DNA of 64,000 nucleotides from Rhizophagus irregularis (lineage: Eukaryota). The notes beneath the pieces are model-generated. The model did not search any database, was not told the DNA's origin, and saw only the letters and a program-made list of their open reading frames with translations. Shown in pieces: positions 1 through 15,103 of this stretch. Made by a program: the position numbers and the translations under genes. Every line of letters starts with the position of its first letter. Position 1 is the first letter of the stretch. The stretch lies in the NCBI RefSeq assembly GCF_026210795.1, contig NC_089432.1, positions 1,674,001 to 1,738,000 of the forward strand, read 5' to 3'.

Positions 1-349
1 ATATGAAAGTAAACATAATTTTAAGATATATTTGAAATATACTTATTTTAAAATTTGCGATATGCAGTACATATAATGTACTTTCAAAATATACTTTAAT
101 ATACAACTATAGTATATTTTAAGTATATTTTTAGAATATAGAAAAATATATTTATAATGTACTTAAATTTTAATTAAGTATGCTTTTAATTATTTGACGA
201 CATAAGATTAAATCATACCCGGCCAGGTCGTCAACGGAGCGAATTTTATTTTTTTATGTTTAACCAATCAAATTTCTCCAAATTACATCACGTGACATAC
301 TAATTGTTGTATCGTTAAAAGATTATTAATAAGTTTTATTAATTAGTAT

Positions 350-836
350 GGTATCCGGACTTTTCACCAAAATCCATTTCACCGAAGCCATTTTATCGAA
401 TGAACATTTCACCGAAAAATTATTTATTCCATTTGGTTATTTTATTGTTTTTATACTAAATACATGAAGAAATGTTTTCTAGAAAAATTTTTGAATTAGC
501 TGATTTTTATTAAATTTATCTCGTTGTTTATAATAGTATATTAATAGTCTTTTTTACTAACTTTTTCGGGAATAAATGTTTTTAGGAAAATAAAGTTATT
601 CATTAATTTCTTAACAATTAATATCAGTTGCTTGAATGTTAAAGTTATAATATCCTGAAAAAAAAATCTCTAAAAATAATTTAATTTTGCGCGATGAATA
701 TTTTTTATTGAAATGTTAATCGATACCATTTCGGTGAAATGTCCATTTGGCGAAATGGACGATTCGGCGAAACGTCCCTTCGGCTTCGGCGAAATGTGTT
801 TTGGTGAAATGGATTTCGATAAAATGTACTGTAACC
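350..836. mobile_element. Mutator-like MITE (non-autonomous)
   Basis: Imperfect TIRs rich in CATTTCACCGAA/TTCGGCGAAATG repeats (GGTATCCGGAC...GTACTGTAACC); flanks AATTAGTAT (341-349) and AAATAGTAT (837-845) form an 8/9-matching 9-bp TSD. Confidence 0.75.
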
Positions 837-1684
837 AAATAGTATATATTTATTAGTACAAATTTTAACGTGTGAAATTTTATAATTAGATGATAAAAAA
901 TTTTTGTTCTTAAAAATATAAACCCGGCATTTAAAAACTAATTTTTAACTCTCTGTCACCTATTTTGAGTATATTTTAATAAATTTAATATTTTAAGTAC
1001 AATAAATTTCATGGGGAATGAACAAATAAGGTATGGTTTTTTATTATAAACTTCATTTTTTTTAATACATATCGCATTATATTTTTTTCAATTTTTATGT
1101 TATTATTATTATGATTTGAAAAATTTATATCAGTTAAAATTATTAATAACAGACATGTATAAATAATTAATAAGTAATTGGTATAAATACAAATATTAAA
1201 AAATAAATTTAACTATAAAAAATTCAATCTTTCGTCAAGAATAAGAATATTTTTATGTTTTTTTTTTGCTCTTTACTTTTTTTTTATTTAGTTTACAGAA
1301 ATTTTTATGAAGGTCTTAAAGTCTAAAAAATTTTTATATCAAGAGATATTTATTTTAAATGAATTCCTTTTTTGTATAAAACTGTAAATTTTGAGTAGGT
1401 TTTTATTCCAATTACAATTGAGCAAAAGAAGTGACAGAACATTGTAAGATAAATTTAACTAAACTTTTAAGGATAATTACCTATAATTAATATCTTTATG
1501 CAAAAGTTTATTCAATAAAACCACTTTAATATATGGACTTTATAAATTAATAATGAATAAGATTGAAACGTCTAATAAAATTTATTTACTAGAAATCACA
1601 CTTTAGGTTACACTTAGACCATTCTTTGATTCATTTGAAAGGTAAGTGATAATGTTGTAAGTAAAATTAAAAATTCAAAGTCGA

Positions 1685-2950
1685 TTTATTTATTATTTAT
1701 TTATTTTATGTCAAGTAGGAAGCAGTTAAAGTAAAACTAAAATACAATCAAAGAAAGTATAGCGCTACATTAGGGCAGCTAACATCTAGTTACAGCCAGA
1801 CCCACACTTGTACGAAAAGGAAACCATAATACAACCATTACGGAACAACAATAGCACTAGATACAAAAAAGAAAAGGAATTGAGAACTACTCTAAAAAAA
1901 AAGAAAGAAAAGGATTAATACAATTATTGAATAGTACTATTATTAAAAAGGAAAGGTTTCACTATATTATATATATAAGATGTGGGTGCAATGAAACCCG
2001 GGCGAACATAAAAATTCAAAAAAAGAATTCAAGCCAATTCATCCGTATCTTTCTTTTAACTAACATAGTTACTATACGTAAATACTGTTCAAGTATAGAA
2101 TGGTGCGTACAGTTATAGGTCCATAATTGTTTTTAAAGGATGTAATTTTTCTATTCGTGTGCCGGGGTAACCGGTGGGGTGTTATGTGTAAGTGTTGAGG
2201 TTGAAGCTTGAGGGTGTTGTGAGTTGACGGACATTTCGTTGTCATCACGAGGGGGTGTTAATCTTTTGAAAAAAATTGAAGGGTTGTTAATAATTTCTCG
2301 GTCTTGTTGCAATATGGCGAAAAATCCTGAGTTATTCGCTTTCGAACTAACGTCTTCAATATATAGGGCGAGAACGTCTTTGTTGAAATTGTCGGTAAAG
2401 TTGAATAACTCTATCATAGCCTGAATTGTATTGGGCATTTAACTGACGTCAAAACGTCGTCTAACTTTGTAATCAAAGAGGTTTATATTGTAAATGTTGT
2501 AATAATAAAGTCGTATAAATTAGGTGGTAAAGATGGTAAACGCTTTTTCATTTTGTTACTTTTTTTTTTTGAGAAGACTCCATGGAAGTACTAGGATAGT
2601 AAGTTGGTTCTATATTGATAGTACCGTGTTATTATAAGTTTGTTCCTAGTTTTGTTATAAAGTGTTAGTATGGCGAAAAAAAAGGGTTTGGGTGTTGGCA
2701 AAATCTTTCGGGGGTATATGTTCAAGTGGAAACGAAAGTTTTTTATTGTATTTATAAAAAAAATAAACGTCCAACTACATTAAAATTTTTGTTCCAGATT
2801 TTTGGGTTTTTTTTTAAAAATTCAAAGTTGATTCAAGTGAAACGTAATATAATAGCCGTTACTTGAGTTACAATCATGTGACATAATTTTACTGTTAAAA
2901 CTCAATACGTTGGATATGGCGGCACAAATTTTGCTTGGCGGCGGAAGTCT
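1685..2950 (-). mobile_element. Possible internally deleted non-LTR retrotransposon relic
   Basis: GC-richer block with a minus-strand ORF remnant (2151-2438) and a (TAAA)n-like tail on the minus strand at ~1685-1708; no RT motif seen; boundaries approximate. Confidence 0.3.
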
Positions 2951-3611
2951 TTGCTAAATATTGACACGTTCATTTTAAAAAGAAATAAAATGACAAGCTA
3001 GCGTCCTGATTCTTATTGTAATCAATACACCAGCAATTTTAAAAGTCTTCAATTTCAGTATAATGGACACCATATACAGATCACGCTATATAGTTAATGA
3101 TATCAGGTGATCTTCATTTTAATAGTGATATTCCTTGTAATTGGTTGTTCTGCTAATTGTGCTATCCTGGAAAGGAAGGAAAATTTTACTAATTTGGTTA
3201 GCTCTTATGCGCTAAGTATAGGGTACGTTTTTTATATTATTGATATATATTGATATTGATTGAATTGAAATTGAATTGATATTGAATTGATATTGATATT
3301 GATATTGAGTTGATATTGAGTTCAATATTACGAACAATGGTCGTTTATATAAAAAAAAAAAATTGATCATGATCTGCAGCATGAAATTGGTTGATCAAAA
3401 TCCAAGAGCTAACCATATATTGACATCAAGGAATTATGAATTGACTGGCCAAATATCTAAGAGCTAACTATATATTAACATCAAGGATATATTTATTATT
3501 CGTATACATTGTCCAAGAGGCTAATTCTTGTGATTATAATAGGAATTGAATGTCAAAATAAATATACTGTATATAAAAAAAAATATATCTTAATTTTATG
3601 AAAAATATATA

Positions 3612-4953
3612 GGGAAAATGTAATTGGCGACCTGGGTCGCCATGGTGGCCCCTGATTATGTAATAAATTTATATTTTTTATTGGCTACACAAACATGATC
3701 ATCGCGTCATCTGATAAATGTTAATTTGTTTATTAGATAATGATAATTTTTTTTTTCCTTATTTTTTATTGCAGTGCTATTTTGGCTTGAAAATGACTTT
3801 TTTTTAAGGCAATTTTTTTTTGTTTTTTTTCATTATTTTATTGTATTTAATGACTCTTTACTTTATTATTAACGCTAACTTTATTTTTTTCTTTAGATAA
3901 TGAGATGGCTTCTTTTTATTTAATGTATGTCTTTCTTGCTTTATTAACTTTTATATCTTTCTGTTTTTATTACTTTTTCATTTTATTTGAAATAATACTA
4001 ACCAGTCATTTCTTTGTTCCTTTTTTTATGGGTGGTGTTTTTGATTATTTTTTCTTCACTTTTTTTCGTCTTTCTATCGTTCTTTTCACTTTTTTTTTAC
4101 CCTTTATTATTTTATTTCTTTCTCCTTTTTACTTCTTTTTTATTCTCCATCATCTTTTTATTTCTTTTATTTATCATTATTATTTTTGCTTTCTTTTCTT
4201 TTCCTATCACCCTTTACACTTTCTTTTCACTCCATTTTCGTTCACCATCATCTTTCTCACTTCTTTTTCATCTTCTATCATCCTTTTTTACTCCCTTCCC
4301 ACTTCATTTTTGTTCACCATCATCTTTCTCACTTCCTTTTCATCTCCTATCACCCTTTTACTTCCTTCTCACTTCATTTTCGTTTACTATCATCTTTCTC
4401 ACTTCCTTTTCATCTCCTATCATCCTTTTTACTTCCTTCTCACTTCATTTTCGCTCACTATCATCTTTTCCACTCTCTTTTCATCTTCTAACACCCTTTT
4501 CACTTCTTTTACATTTCCCTTTCACTTCCCTTTCATCCTTATCACCTTATTACACTTTCTTTTGTCCTTATTATCCTTTTTACACTTTTTTTCATTTCTT
4601 TCTTTTCATTTCACGTCATTTCTTTTTGTTTCCTTTTTTCTTTTATAATTATTAACGTTATATCTTCTATTTCCTTTTTTTGCTTATTTATTAGCATTTT
4701 TTTCATTTTATCATTGTATGTTTTTTTTTATCACTATTTACCATTATTGTTAGTTTTTATTTCTCTAATCAATAAAATATAATCCACTAAGTGTATAATT
4801 TTATAGTTTTTATTGTATTTAACAAATGAAATTTTACTGTAAATAAAATATTCTTTAAAAATTAACCGATCAAAAATGAAAATCAGCCAATTAAAATTTT
4901 TATTAAGTCATGTGATATGGTCACCATGGCGAGGTCGTCAAATAATGTTACCC
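3612..4953. mobile_element. Mutator-like non-autonomous DNA transposon
   Basis: TIRs GGGAAAATGTAATTGGCGACCT..CGCCATGGTGGCC versus GGTCACCATGGCGAGGTCGTCAAATAATGTTACCC; perfect 9-bp TSD AAATATATA (3603-3611, 4954-4962). Confidence 0.8.
4185..4520. repeat. ~60-bp pyrimidine-rich tandem repeat inside the MULE-like element
   Basis: Recurrent CACCATCATCTTTCTCACTTCCTTTTCATCTCCTATCA units. Confidence 0.8.
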
Positions 4954-5099
4954 AAATATATATATCCAAATTAAAAATAAATATATTTGAATTTTATTAA
5001 TATATATATATATATATCCAAATTTTATTAATATATCCGAATTTTGTTAAAAATATATATCCGAATTTTATTTTGTTAAAAAAAATACATATACCCGAA

Positions 5100-5850
5100 T
5101 TTATTAAATTTATTTATTAAAAAAATATTATACAAATTTATTTTAAAAAAAAACATTATATAAATTTATTTATTAAAGAACAAAAGCATTATATATTAAA
5201 AAAAAATTATATGAATTTATTTATTAAAAAACATTATACGAGTTTATTTATTAAAAAAAAAGCATTATACAAATTTAGTGGTTATTTAAAAACATTATAC
5301 AAATTTAATTATTAAAAAAAATTAACGAGTTTACTTATTAAAATATATATTACATGAATTGATTTATTAAAAAAATTATACCCGAATTTATTGAATTTTT
5401 TTACTAAAAAAATATTATACAAATTTATTTTAAAAAAAACATTACATGAATTTATTTATTAAAAAAAAAGCATTATACAAATTTAGTGGTTATTTAAAAA
5501 CATTATACAAATTTAATTATTAAAAAAAATTAACGAGTTTACTTATTAAAATATATATTACATGAATTGATTTATTAAAAAAATTATACCCGAATTTATT
5601 GAATTTTTTTACTAAAAAAATATTATACAAATTTATTTTAAAAAAAACATTACATGAATTTATTTATTAAAAAAAAACATTATATGAATTTATTTATTAA
5701 AATAAATAAAAATTAAAAAGCATTATATGATACAAATTTAGTAATTATTAAAAAACATTATATGAATTTAATTATCAAAAAAAAATTATATGAATTTACT
5801 TATTAAAATATATATTACATGAATTGATTTATTAAAAAAAATTATGAATA
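5100..5850. repeat. AT-rich tandem repeats with a ~208-bp near-perfect duplication
   Basis: GCATTATACAAATTTAGTGGTTATTTAAAAACATT... occurs at ~5262 and ~5470, built from ~30-bp CATTAYAYGAATTTATTTATTAAAA subunits. Confidence 0.85.
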
Positions 5851-6285
5851 TTACACAAATAAAAAAAAAATGTGGACATAGGAATCGTCCAAATTTGATT
5901 CGTGTGAAATAAATTTTATTGAATAATTTTATTTTGAATATGAATATAAATTATAATATACGTTTTATATAAAATTTTTAAAAAGTTTACTACAGCATGG
6001 TTAGAAACTGAAAAAATTTTTTTAAAAAAAATTGTTAAATGTTTTTTATAAATTAAAAAAATTCATAATATTTCTTCTTTTAAAGCCAATTACAAATCAA
6101 AATGCAAAAAAACAATAAATTAAACTATTTTAGAAGAAAAAAAAATGAAATAAATTATTTATTTATTTCAAATAAAAATTAAATTATATACTGTATTTAT
6201 TACCAATATTATTGTTTCTGCAAATAAGTGTTAAAATTTATGGTATATATCCTACTCTTAGTAAGGGCCGGTCACCGGCCCTAGG

Positions 6286-6359
6286 CAGTGTTGTACATGG
6301 TACATGTCCCGCCAAAATTTTAATGTCCCGGACATTGTCCCGTCCCTATGACAACACTG
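6286..6359. mobile_element. 74-bp hAT-like mini-MITE
   Basis: TIR CAGTGTTGT...ACAACACTG; perfect 8-bp TSD GCCCTAGG (6278-6285, 6360-6367). Confidence 0.8.
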
Positions 6360-7270
6360 GCCCTAGGGTATGACTCTAGTTAATATGTAATATAATCGTT
6401 TCATTAATTTTCCAAAACATGCCAACATTGATGAAACTTATCAAATCTGGCGAAAAGTATTAATTTGACTAAATTATTTATTATCAAATTATGTATACAA
6501 TTTGTTTAAAATTTTGTTAGTAAATAAACCTTTATTAAGTGAAAAGTTTAAGATTTGGAAATTCGGAAATCTGATGAAACCAAAACCTGACAAAAAAGAT
6601 TAAGCACAAATGTCTAAATTTAACTTACTAAGTTTATTTCTGGTCTACTATTAAAATTCTTTATGATGAACCATTAAAATATCTTAATGTAAAAAACTCT
6701 AAGCTTATCAATAAATTTAGTTATATACTAACTGTAGCCTTTTGCGTTGCAACAGGATTAAATGAGTTAAAATCATATAATATTAACATGTTTTTCTATC
6801 TTTAAGTAAAAAAATACTTATTCTAGCGTAAAAACTATACCAAGCATATTTATTCAATAAAAAAAATATTTTATTTTGATTATATCGTTGATGCAAACCT
6901 AAGAGGTGAAGACTGAAGAACGAAAAAAGAAAAAAATAGAAATAAAAATTAGTGAAATAATAAGAAAATATTAATAAAAATAAAAAATCTCGCTTACCGT
7001 AGTACCGTAGCATCAATCCGATTGTATATAATTACATAAAAAAAAATATTAATAGATTATTATAAAAAGAAAATCGGAATGAAAAATTTTAAAAATTCAG
7101 TTTTAAAAAAATTGGAAAGAAAAATTATTAAAATCTCGGTTTTTAAAAACCGAAAAAAAAAATATTAAAGATCCAGTCTAAAAAAAGAGACTGAAAAAAG
7201 GTTTTACAAATAGCTACGGTAATAGCTACGATAATAATCGATCTGCTGTGGCAGATTGCATCATCCTGAA

Positions 7271-7492
7271 AGGACCCAGAAATAAATATATATAGGGGTC
7301 AGGTGATGAAAAAATTTGTACGCATTTTTTCAGGGCCGGAATTATGATAATGTCAGTCGGTTACTATAATAGGAAATAAAATTCTGACTGGCATTATCAA
7401 AAATTATCTCAAAAAGGAAAGATTTTCATGATTTTTTTAGTTCAAAATACGCAAACTCAAACCTGACCCTTTTATATATATTTCTGGGTCCT
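7271..7492. mobile_element. MITE, AGGACCCAGAAAT family (copy 1)
   Basis: TIR AGGACCCAGAAATA..TATAGGGGTCAGGT / ACCTGACCCTTTTATATATATTTCTGGGTCCT; 8-bp TSD ATCCTGAA on both sides. Confidence 0.9.
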
Positions 7493-8223
7493 ATCCTGAA
7501 TGGCCGAAAATGAAACGTGTTTAGTAAGACAAATTAAGCTTTTTTTTCGTTAAACACAGATTTGTTGGATGCCGATCGTATCAAATATGGGGGATCCGAA
7601 ATAATCTTATCTGTTATGTTAAAAAAAGTTAACTTTAACGTTAATGTTAACGTTAACATTACGTTTCATTTCGTATCTCATGAAACAATTCTTAGCCAAA
7701 ACCCAAGCGAGCAAGGGAGTACTTATACAATAATTTTTTTATTGGAAATTATTGGATAATGCAAGATTTTAAGATTATAATAAAGTTATCAATTGAATTA
7801 CTAATAATTGTTTATTTCATTAGAAACAATTAAACCAAAGATGTTCAACAATTGGATGATAAATTTTAATCAATACTTTATCAAGTAATAAACCATTTGT
7901 TTTTTATTATTGTATTGTTATTTATAGTTAATTATTATTACAAAGATTTTTTTTTTTGAAATTAATTAAGCCAAATGAATAGATATTAATTTTTTTTTTG
8001 TTATCATCATATTTTATAACACAAAAAAAAAAATCTTTTTCAAAGTACGTTAAGCCAAAAATGATCAACAAATCGATCACTGCTTACTTTTATGCAATTT
8101 TTGACAAAAATTTGCGCAATACTGCAATTGCGATTTATCAAATTTTCTTTAAAGATAATAAAAATTTTATGATAATCTCCAAAATTGCTGATTTAAAAAT
8201 ACTTTGTACAAAAGTCTTCTAAA

Positions 8224-10170
8224 TAGACTCCAAATGGGTAAGGGTCAATTCAGGTGACCCATCAAGGTTGATGGGTTGGCACATCAAATTCATGACCCGA
8301 ATCAGGTCAGGTTACAGTTTTGACCTGACCCGATTGACCCATTGACCCAAAATTTTCTTATATTAAATATTCTTTTTTTTACAAAATTTATATGGAAAAA
8401 CGCTAGAGCATTTTTTTACGATCGTAATGGTAAACGTTTTGGTCATATGACTTTCTGATCTCAGTGATCTGATGATATACCTATCCAATCAGTAGATAAT
8501 CTTTTTTTAAACGAAAAAAAAATTTTATTTTTTATTTTTTTTTTTGAATAAATTGGCAAAAAAATTATTTATTTTTTTATTTATTTATTTTTATTCTTCT
8601 AAACCAAACAATTTATTATTATTATTTTTTTTTTGAAAAACATGGTTTTCAGCTTTTTTACAAAGAATATACATTAGTAGCTAATACTAAAAATTTACGT
8701 TGTTTTACATAGAAGACTTCAACAAAAGTACGTTGTTAACATTATAAATGGAAAAATTAGTATCTTCATATTTGTTTGATAAATCTAATAATTGTTTATC
8801 AGGACATATCTTTAAAATATGAATCATATTTAAATAAATATAATGTAATTTGTTTTATTTTTACTTTTTTTCAGTTTTTTAAACTGAATAACTTTTTTTT
8901 AAAAAAAAACGTATATATTATTATTTCTTTCTTTCTTTTCTTTAGGGACAGCTTCAGGCTTGAACTTCAAACTAGCGGAATACTGGAATTGTAAGTTGAG
9001 GAGGGGGAATTGCTGTTTCTTTAATTTGAGGAATGTTACTAATGCTCCTTTTAATTTTTTTTTTTTTAGGAACGGCTCTTGGACTGGACTTTAAACCAGA
9101 ATACCAAGTCAGGTCAAAGGTTACCTTTAAAGAAAAATTAAAAAAATAAATAAATATGTATATAAACGGTTTTAAAAAAACAATTTATTTTGACCAAAGA
9201 ATGATAGAAACTATGGATATGATACATTACAGATGGTAAGAATTTAAATCAAAATGGGTTATGGTAACCCAAAAAAAGAAAGGAAAATTCTAGAAGGGTA
9301 TAGAAGATGATAATTGTTTGATTGGGTTAACCTACAGATTATCAAACATTTGTATATATAGAGGTATTATATTTTTTTCAATTAAAAATTTATCAAATTT
9401 ACTTATAAAAAAGTTCCATTTCATTCATAATTCTATAATATAGATTCTCTCAGGAGGGTAGTTGGAATAACTTTCTTTTAATAAATGAAGCTTTTCCTTC
9501 AAGTTTTCGCGGGGAATTCCATTATGATTCTTGAATTTATGGAACCATCCCAAAGAAAATTGAACACTTATAGTTTGTTAATGATTTATTTTTTGGCTTG
9601 AATTACTAGATAGTAATTTTAGTTAAAGGTGTTTCGTATATATCATTTTATTTATTAGTCACGTTTTTAGTAACCGCTTTATAGTAAGTTACAACAATCA
9701 TTAAGAAGATTGTGATAATAGGTTAGGGAGGACTTCTGTGTATTTCTTGTAAGATGAGTTTATTTGTATTTTTCATTTAAACATAATAAAAAAATGCACG
9801 TTATTAAAAAAAAAAAAGAAAACCCGGTTCTTTTTTTTTAAAAAAAAAATCAATAAATAAAAATTTGTTAATAAAATTCGTCAAATTATATATATATATT
9901 TGTTAAAAAAAAATTTCTCTTAAAAAACCCGTTAAATAAAAAAAATATTTTTATAAACATTTAAAAGGAGTGTTTTTTAAAATTTAAACAAACGATTAAA
10001 TTCAGCATTTTTTTCAAGTAAAACGTCCGAAACATTTTGTTTTATAATTATTTTATTAATTTTTCATATAAAATTTTTGGATTAAACAGATCAGGTTGGG
10101 GCAAGCAGGGTAGCCCGATATAGCCTGAAAAAAAATATTGGGTCGGATTTCAGATCTGATCTGAGCTCTT
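8224..10170. mobile_element. Old hAT-like non-autonomous element (approximate)
   Basis: Clusters of GACCC/GGGTC subterminal motifs at 8235-8350 and 10090-10170; no clean TSD found. Confidence 0.35.
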
Positions 10171-13124
10171 CTGGACTGGATCCTGGATGAAATTTTGAAG
10201 GTAAAACTTCAAAATCACTTCAAATAAAACTACTTAAAGATATTTAATGTTTACTTGTTGTAAAATATACTATGATCTTTCTAGTTACGTACAATTTGAT
10301 CAAATTTTTATCTTTTTCTTTTTTTTTTTGAAGTATTTACCAAAGAAAAATAAATCAATACGAACAGATTACTTTAAACCATTATACAGATTTATCTCAA
10401 AATTACAGGATCAGTCAGAAATATAAAAAAAACATTAATTCATAATTTTTCTAACTAGATAAATGACTTAATACTTTTAATTTTTTTTAATCATCGTTTT
10501 AGTCAAAAAATCTGGTTTATCCATTAATCCATTATTGTTAGTATTTGAATTCTCGTAAATATCGACTATACTTTTTAATCTAGACTTTTAGCCACTTTCT
10601 TATTCAGCAGATGAAGAAAAAAATGTATTAATGTCAGTGGAGTAGTACATAGAGAACTTAAAGGTAGTAAAGACCAACAAATACTAAAGATTTTATTAAA
10701 TCATGTTTTCTCACGTAATTATATAATATTATCTAATTTTTTACACTATTTTTTTCGTTATAAAGTGGATTTACTTCGCGCTCCCTGGCCAAATTAATCC
10801 AACTACATTAAAATTATTATTAATATAAGTACATATTATACATTATGATAGTATTATGATGCGTTTATCTTAAAAATCAAATAAAAATCATATTACGCAT
10901 ATGTTTCAGAAAAAGAAAATATATCTTCGTCATTATGTTGTATATAATATTATTCAATTTATTCATTCATTCATTTATTTATTTTTTATTCAATAAATAA
11001 AGCGGATAACAATATACAATTATAAAGCCAAATTTATAGTATAAACGATCAATATCAAAACCAATTCCCTTAAAAATCTCCATCATATTATATCATATGT
11101 AAGGATGATTATTTATTACGAAATATTGAATTTTTGAAAATTTTCTTTATTAGAATTTTTAAATTTCTGTTTAAAATAGATTAACTAAATCAAACTTTTT
11201 ATAAAAATATAAAACATAATTACAAACTATCACTATCTATTGTCCTATGCGGATATCAATTTTGGATTTTACAGTATTATATAATTTTTTTAAATTTTCT
11301 AAAATTTTCTATACTATCCTAACTATTTATCAAAATATTCCCAAATCCATAAATATGTATGTATGTATTGTATTTATAAGATAAAAAGTATACAAGCGTA
11401 TGAAATATTAAAAATAAAGAATGTTTATAAATAAAGATTCAAATTCTTATATATTGATCACTTGAATAGTTGAATGTAAAGCTGATTTATATTAATCTAA
11501 AAACTGATAATACTCTTGGCACATTTGATCTTTTTATACGTACTGTATATAAAAGAGACTATACAAATTATGATAATAAGATATCTAAATAAATTGAGAC
11601 AAATGTTGAACATCTATAAAAATTTAAATAATTTATTTCTCCGTAAATTGTAATCATAATTGATTGTAACTCATTATTCAAATTTATATTTTGAAAAGTA
11701 ATGATCTTTTATCAAATAATTTTACCTATTCTTCTATAGACCTATAAAAAAATAAAATAGAATTGATACTAAATATGTATTTAGCTACCTGACGTACCAA
11801 CATTAATCAAAATCTCAGACAAGTGTTTCATAAGAAAGATCGCCATATAATTTTAGCAGGTTGCGAAATCCAAATTCAAATTATGATATTGTGAATATAA
11901 AATATTTCCTAAAATTTTGGTGAATTTGCATACTATCATGAATTCTATAAAAAGTGACTCAATTATGTCGTTATTAGCTATAGTTTTATGCTTGATATGG
12001 GTTTAATAGCAATGTGGTTTTGTAAATAAATTTAAAACATACACCTACCAAACAACTGGATTTCTATTAGCATTCTCAACATTCTCCAACTTTTGATCGT
12101 ACTGCGTGAAGTATTTGACATTTTTTGAAAATTATCTATAAAATACAATATTCAAAAAATGATGTATTTATCTTTATGAAACCTGCAGTCCGTTATATTG
12201 TCCTTTTTAAAAACATTTAATAATATATTTATTGTAGAAATGGATTTGTTAATACAATTTTCACACTTTATTCATTCTCAATTTTTTTACGTCTCATCAA
12301 AGATTGGTAAGATTAATGCAAAGGTAATATGGAAGATATGGTCTCAATTCAAAAAATATATCTCTTAATACTCTTAATACATAATTAAATAAATATCATT
12401 TAAGAATAAAGATAAATAAATTTTCTTTTTGTTTTAAAATTTACTTGTTTTAAAATTGCGTAATAAATTTTTCAAGATTATTATTGATTTACGAATATAC
12501 AATAAAATTTTCGATACTTCAATGTTAGATCATCATCATAATATTATCATCTCCATACGGATAATAGTATGAAATACCTTACATTTCTTTCATTTACCAT
12601 ATTTACTAGACAAGGTTCACTTAACCAATCATAGTACAATATTATTATTTATCTTCCTAACGTAAAGACAAAAAAAGCTTATGTGCGAACTATAATCTGC
12701 TGTATCTTGATTTTCATTAATTAAAATATATTAATTAAAATTTTTATTCCAAACTAATTTATTTTGATATATAATTTGGCAATGATTTTTCTATTATAGA
12801 CTTATTTTTTTGAAAAATACAGAAAAAAAATTATATGATCTACATTACCAAAAATAATTTTACTTCGCATTTTTCATTTTAACCATTTCGGGTTAGATTT
12901 ATTTTTTATGATGATCAGCTGCTGTTTACGAATTTTCTTTGTTACAAAAATATCAATTTTTGTATACAATAGTAGTACAAATAGTAATACAAATAAGTAA
13001 TACAAATGTGCGCACTTCGTTCAATTTAAAATTTTTTTCTTTTGCCCATAATAATTCTGAAATTTATTTTTGAGTAACATTTATATTAACTAAAATTAAA
13101 ATTATAATCCACAGCTCAATTAAT

Positions 13125-15103
13125 ATGGATGAAACCCCAAAAGATTTATGGGAGGATACTGATGAAAATAAATATCAGGTAATAGCAATTTAATATTTTT
13201 AATAATTATAATTATTTTATTGAATTTTTGTAGTTAAAAATATTAATAATTTTTTGTCTATTAAAAGCTTCATGCTACAATTCCTACTATTGATTCAACT
13301 ATTGAATCAGAAAATGTAGATGAAAGAGTAGTTTATATAGGAGATTTAGAAAAAAGAAAACAAGCGTATGGAATATGTGGAGAATGTAAAGAACCTGGCA
13401 CAGGATGGCGATGGTGTCAATCTTGTAATGCTAAAAGATTTAAAGATAACTTTAAAAATTGGACTAGTGGAAATAAAGATATTGATGAATTTATACAACA
13501 ATCACAACTTAATGCTGTATATCATAAAAAATATCTTGAATGGATACCTTTTGAAAAATTTCAAAATATCACTTATATTGCGGAAGGTGGTTTTGGTAAG
13601 ATTTATTCAGCTGAATGGCCTGAAGGAGATATTAATTATTGGGATATTGAAAATCAAAATTGGTATAGATATAGTTGGAGTAAATATGCATTGAAAAGTT
13701 TGAATAATTCTTCTGATATATGTTCAGATTTTTTAAATGAGGTAATTTAAACTTACTTTATCTTATATATAAAGATTGTTATTTGCATTTATTTATTAAT
13801 AAAATTTTTCCTTTTTGATGATAATTAGATTAAATCTCATCTTCAGATTTATATTTATGATATTGTTCAATGTTTCGGAATTACTCAAGATCCAAATAAT
13901 AAAGAGTATATGATGGTTATAGAATATTGTAATGATGGAAATTTGAGAAATTATTTAAATAAATCTGAAAATTATATAAATTATAAATCAAAAATTGATA
14001 AATTACAACAAATTGCAAGAGGACTTTTAGATATTCATAATTCTGAAAAAGTTCACAAAGATTTTCATTCAGGCAATTTATTAATAAATCATAGTGATCC
14101 ATATATAAGTGATTTAGGAATGTGTCAACCAGCAAATATAAAGCAAACAGTTAAAGAAGAAGGAATTTATGGAGTATTACCATATATGGCACCAGAAGTT
14201 TTACGTGGACAACAATATACAAAAGCAGCAGATATTTACTCATTTGGAATAATAATGAATGAATTTCTTTCTGAAGAAATTCCTTTTAATGATATTCCTC
14301 ATAATGAATTTTTAGCTATTAAAATATGTAAAGGACTTAGACCAACAATTTCTAAAGACATACCAAAGTTACTTGCAGATTTGATAATAAAATGTTGGGA
14401 TGCTGAAATAAAAAATAGACCAACCACTAAAGAATTGTATCAACTATTAAATAAATGGTATGTTGAGACTAAAGATATTGAAGATAGAGATGATAGTGAA
14501 GATGGTGAAGATGGTGAAGATATTGAAGATAATGAAGATAGTGAAGATAATGAAGACGAAGATAGTAAAAATGGTAGCAATAGTCAAAAAAGTGAATTAT
14601 ATTTTCAAATAAAAGAATGTGATAAAATTAGAAAAGAAAAATTCAAAAACAGGTCAAATGAAGATAAATCCAAAAGCTTCAAAACGCATCCACAAGCAAT
14701 TTATACTAGTAGACTTTTAAATTTCAAAAATCTTCCAAACCCAGTAAATTCTTCAGATTTATTATCTTTTCAATTCAGTTCTGGTAATTAAATTTAATTT
14801 TGTTTTATCATATAATCCATTTTACATTATTAATGTTATTTTTATTTTTTAATAGACACTAGTTATACTGCTCAATCAACATCAGCAAATCTAAGTAAGT
14901 ATTCCCTTTATTATTATAATTATTTTATTTAAATTTATTAACGTTTAAATATAATATACAGTTTCAGAATGCTTAGATGTTCAATTAAGTGAATTAGGTA
15001 AGTTATTATTATTTGTAATTTTATTGATATTTCTATATCTAATTTATTATTTTTTATAGAACTAAATGAAATTTGTCAAGATGGTGAAGATAATTTTGAA
15101 TGA
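13125..15103 (+). CDS. TKL-like Ser/Thr/Tyr protein kinase, spliced (exons ~13125-13178, 13268-13741, 13830-14783 and three short 3' exons ending in TGA 15101-15103)
   Basis: Spliced translation gives CGECKEP..WCQSCN, WTSGNKDIDEFIQ, EGGFGKIY, ALKSL, HKDFHSGN, DLG, APE, ADIYSFG and CWD..RPT; GT..AG introns; acidic 9-bp repeat insert at ~14475-14565. Confidence 0.92.

Noticed and set aside
3905..4655. Three overlapping F/L/S-rich ORFs that look like membrane proteins
   Set aside because: Artefacts of a pyrimidine-rich tandem repeat inside a MULE-like element; open in several frames at once.
13368..13694. 108-aa ORF
   Set aside because: Alternative frame of kinase exon 2; the true frame carries the kinase motifs.
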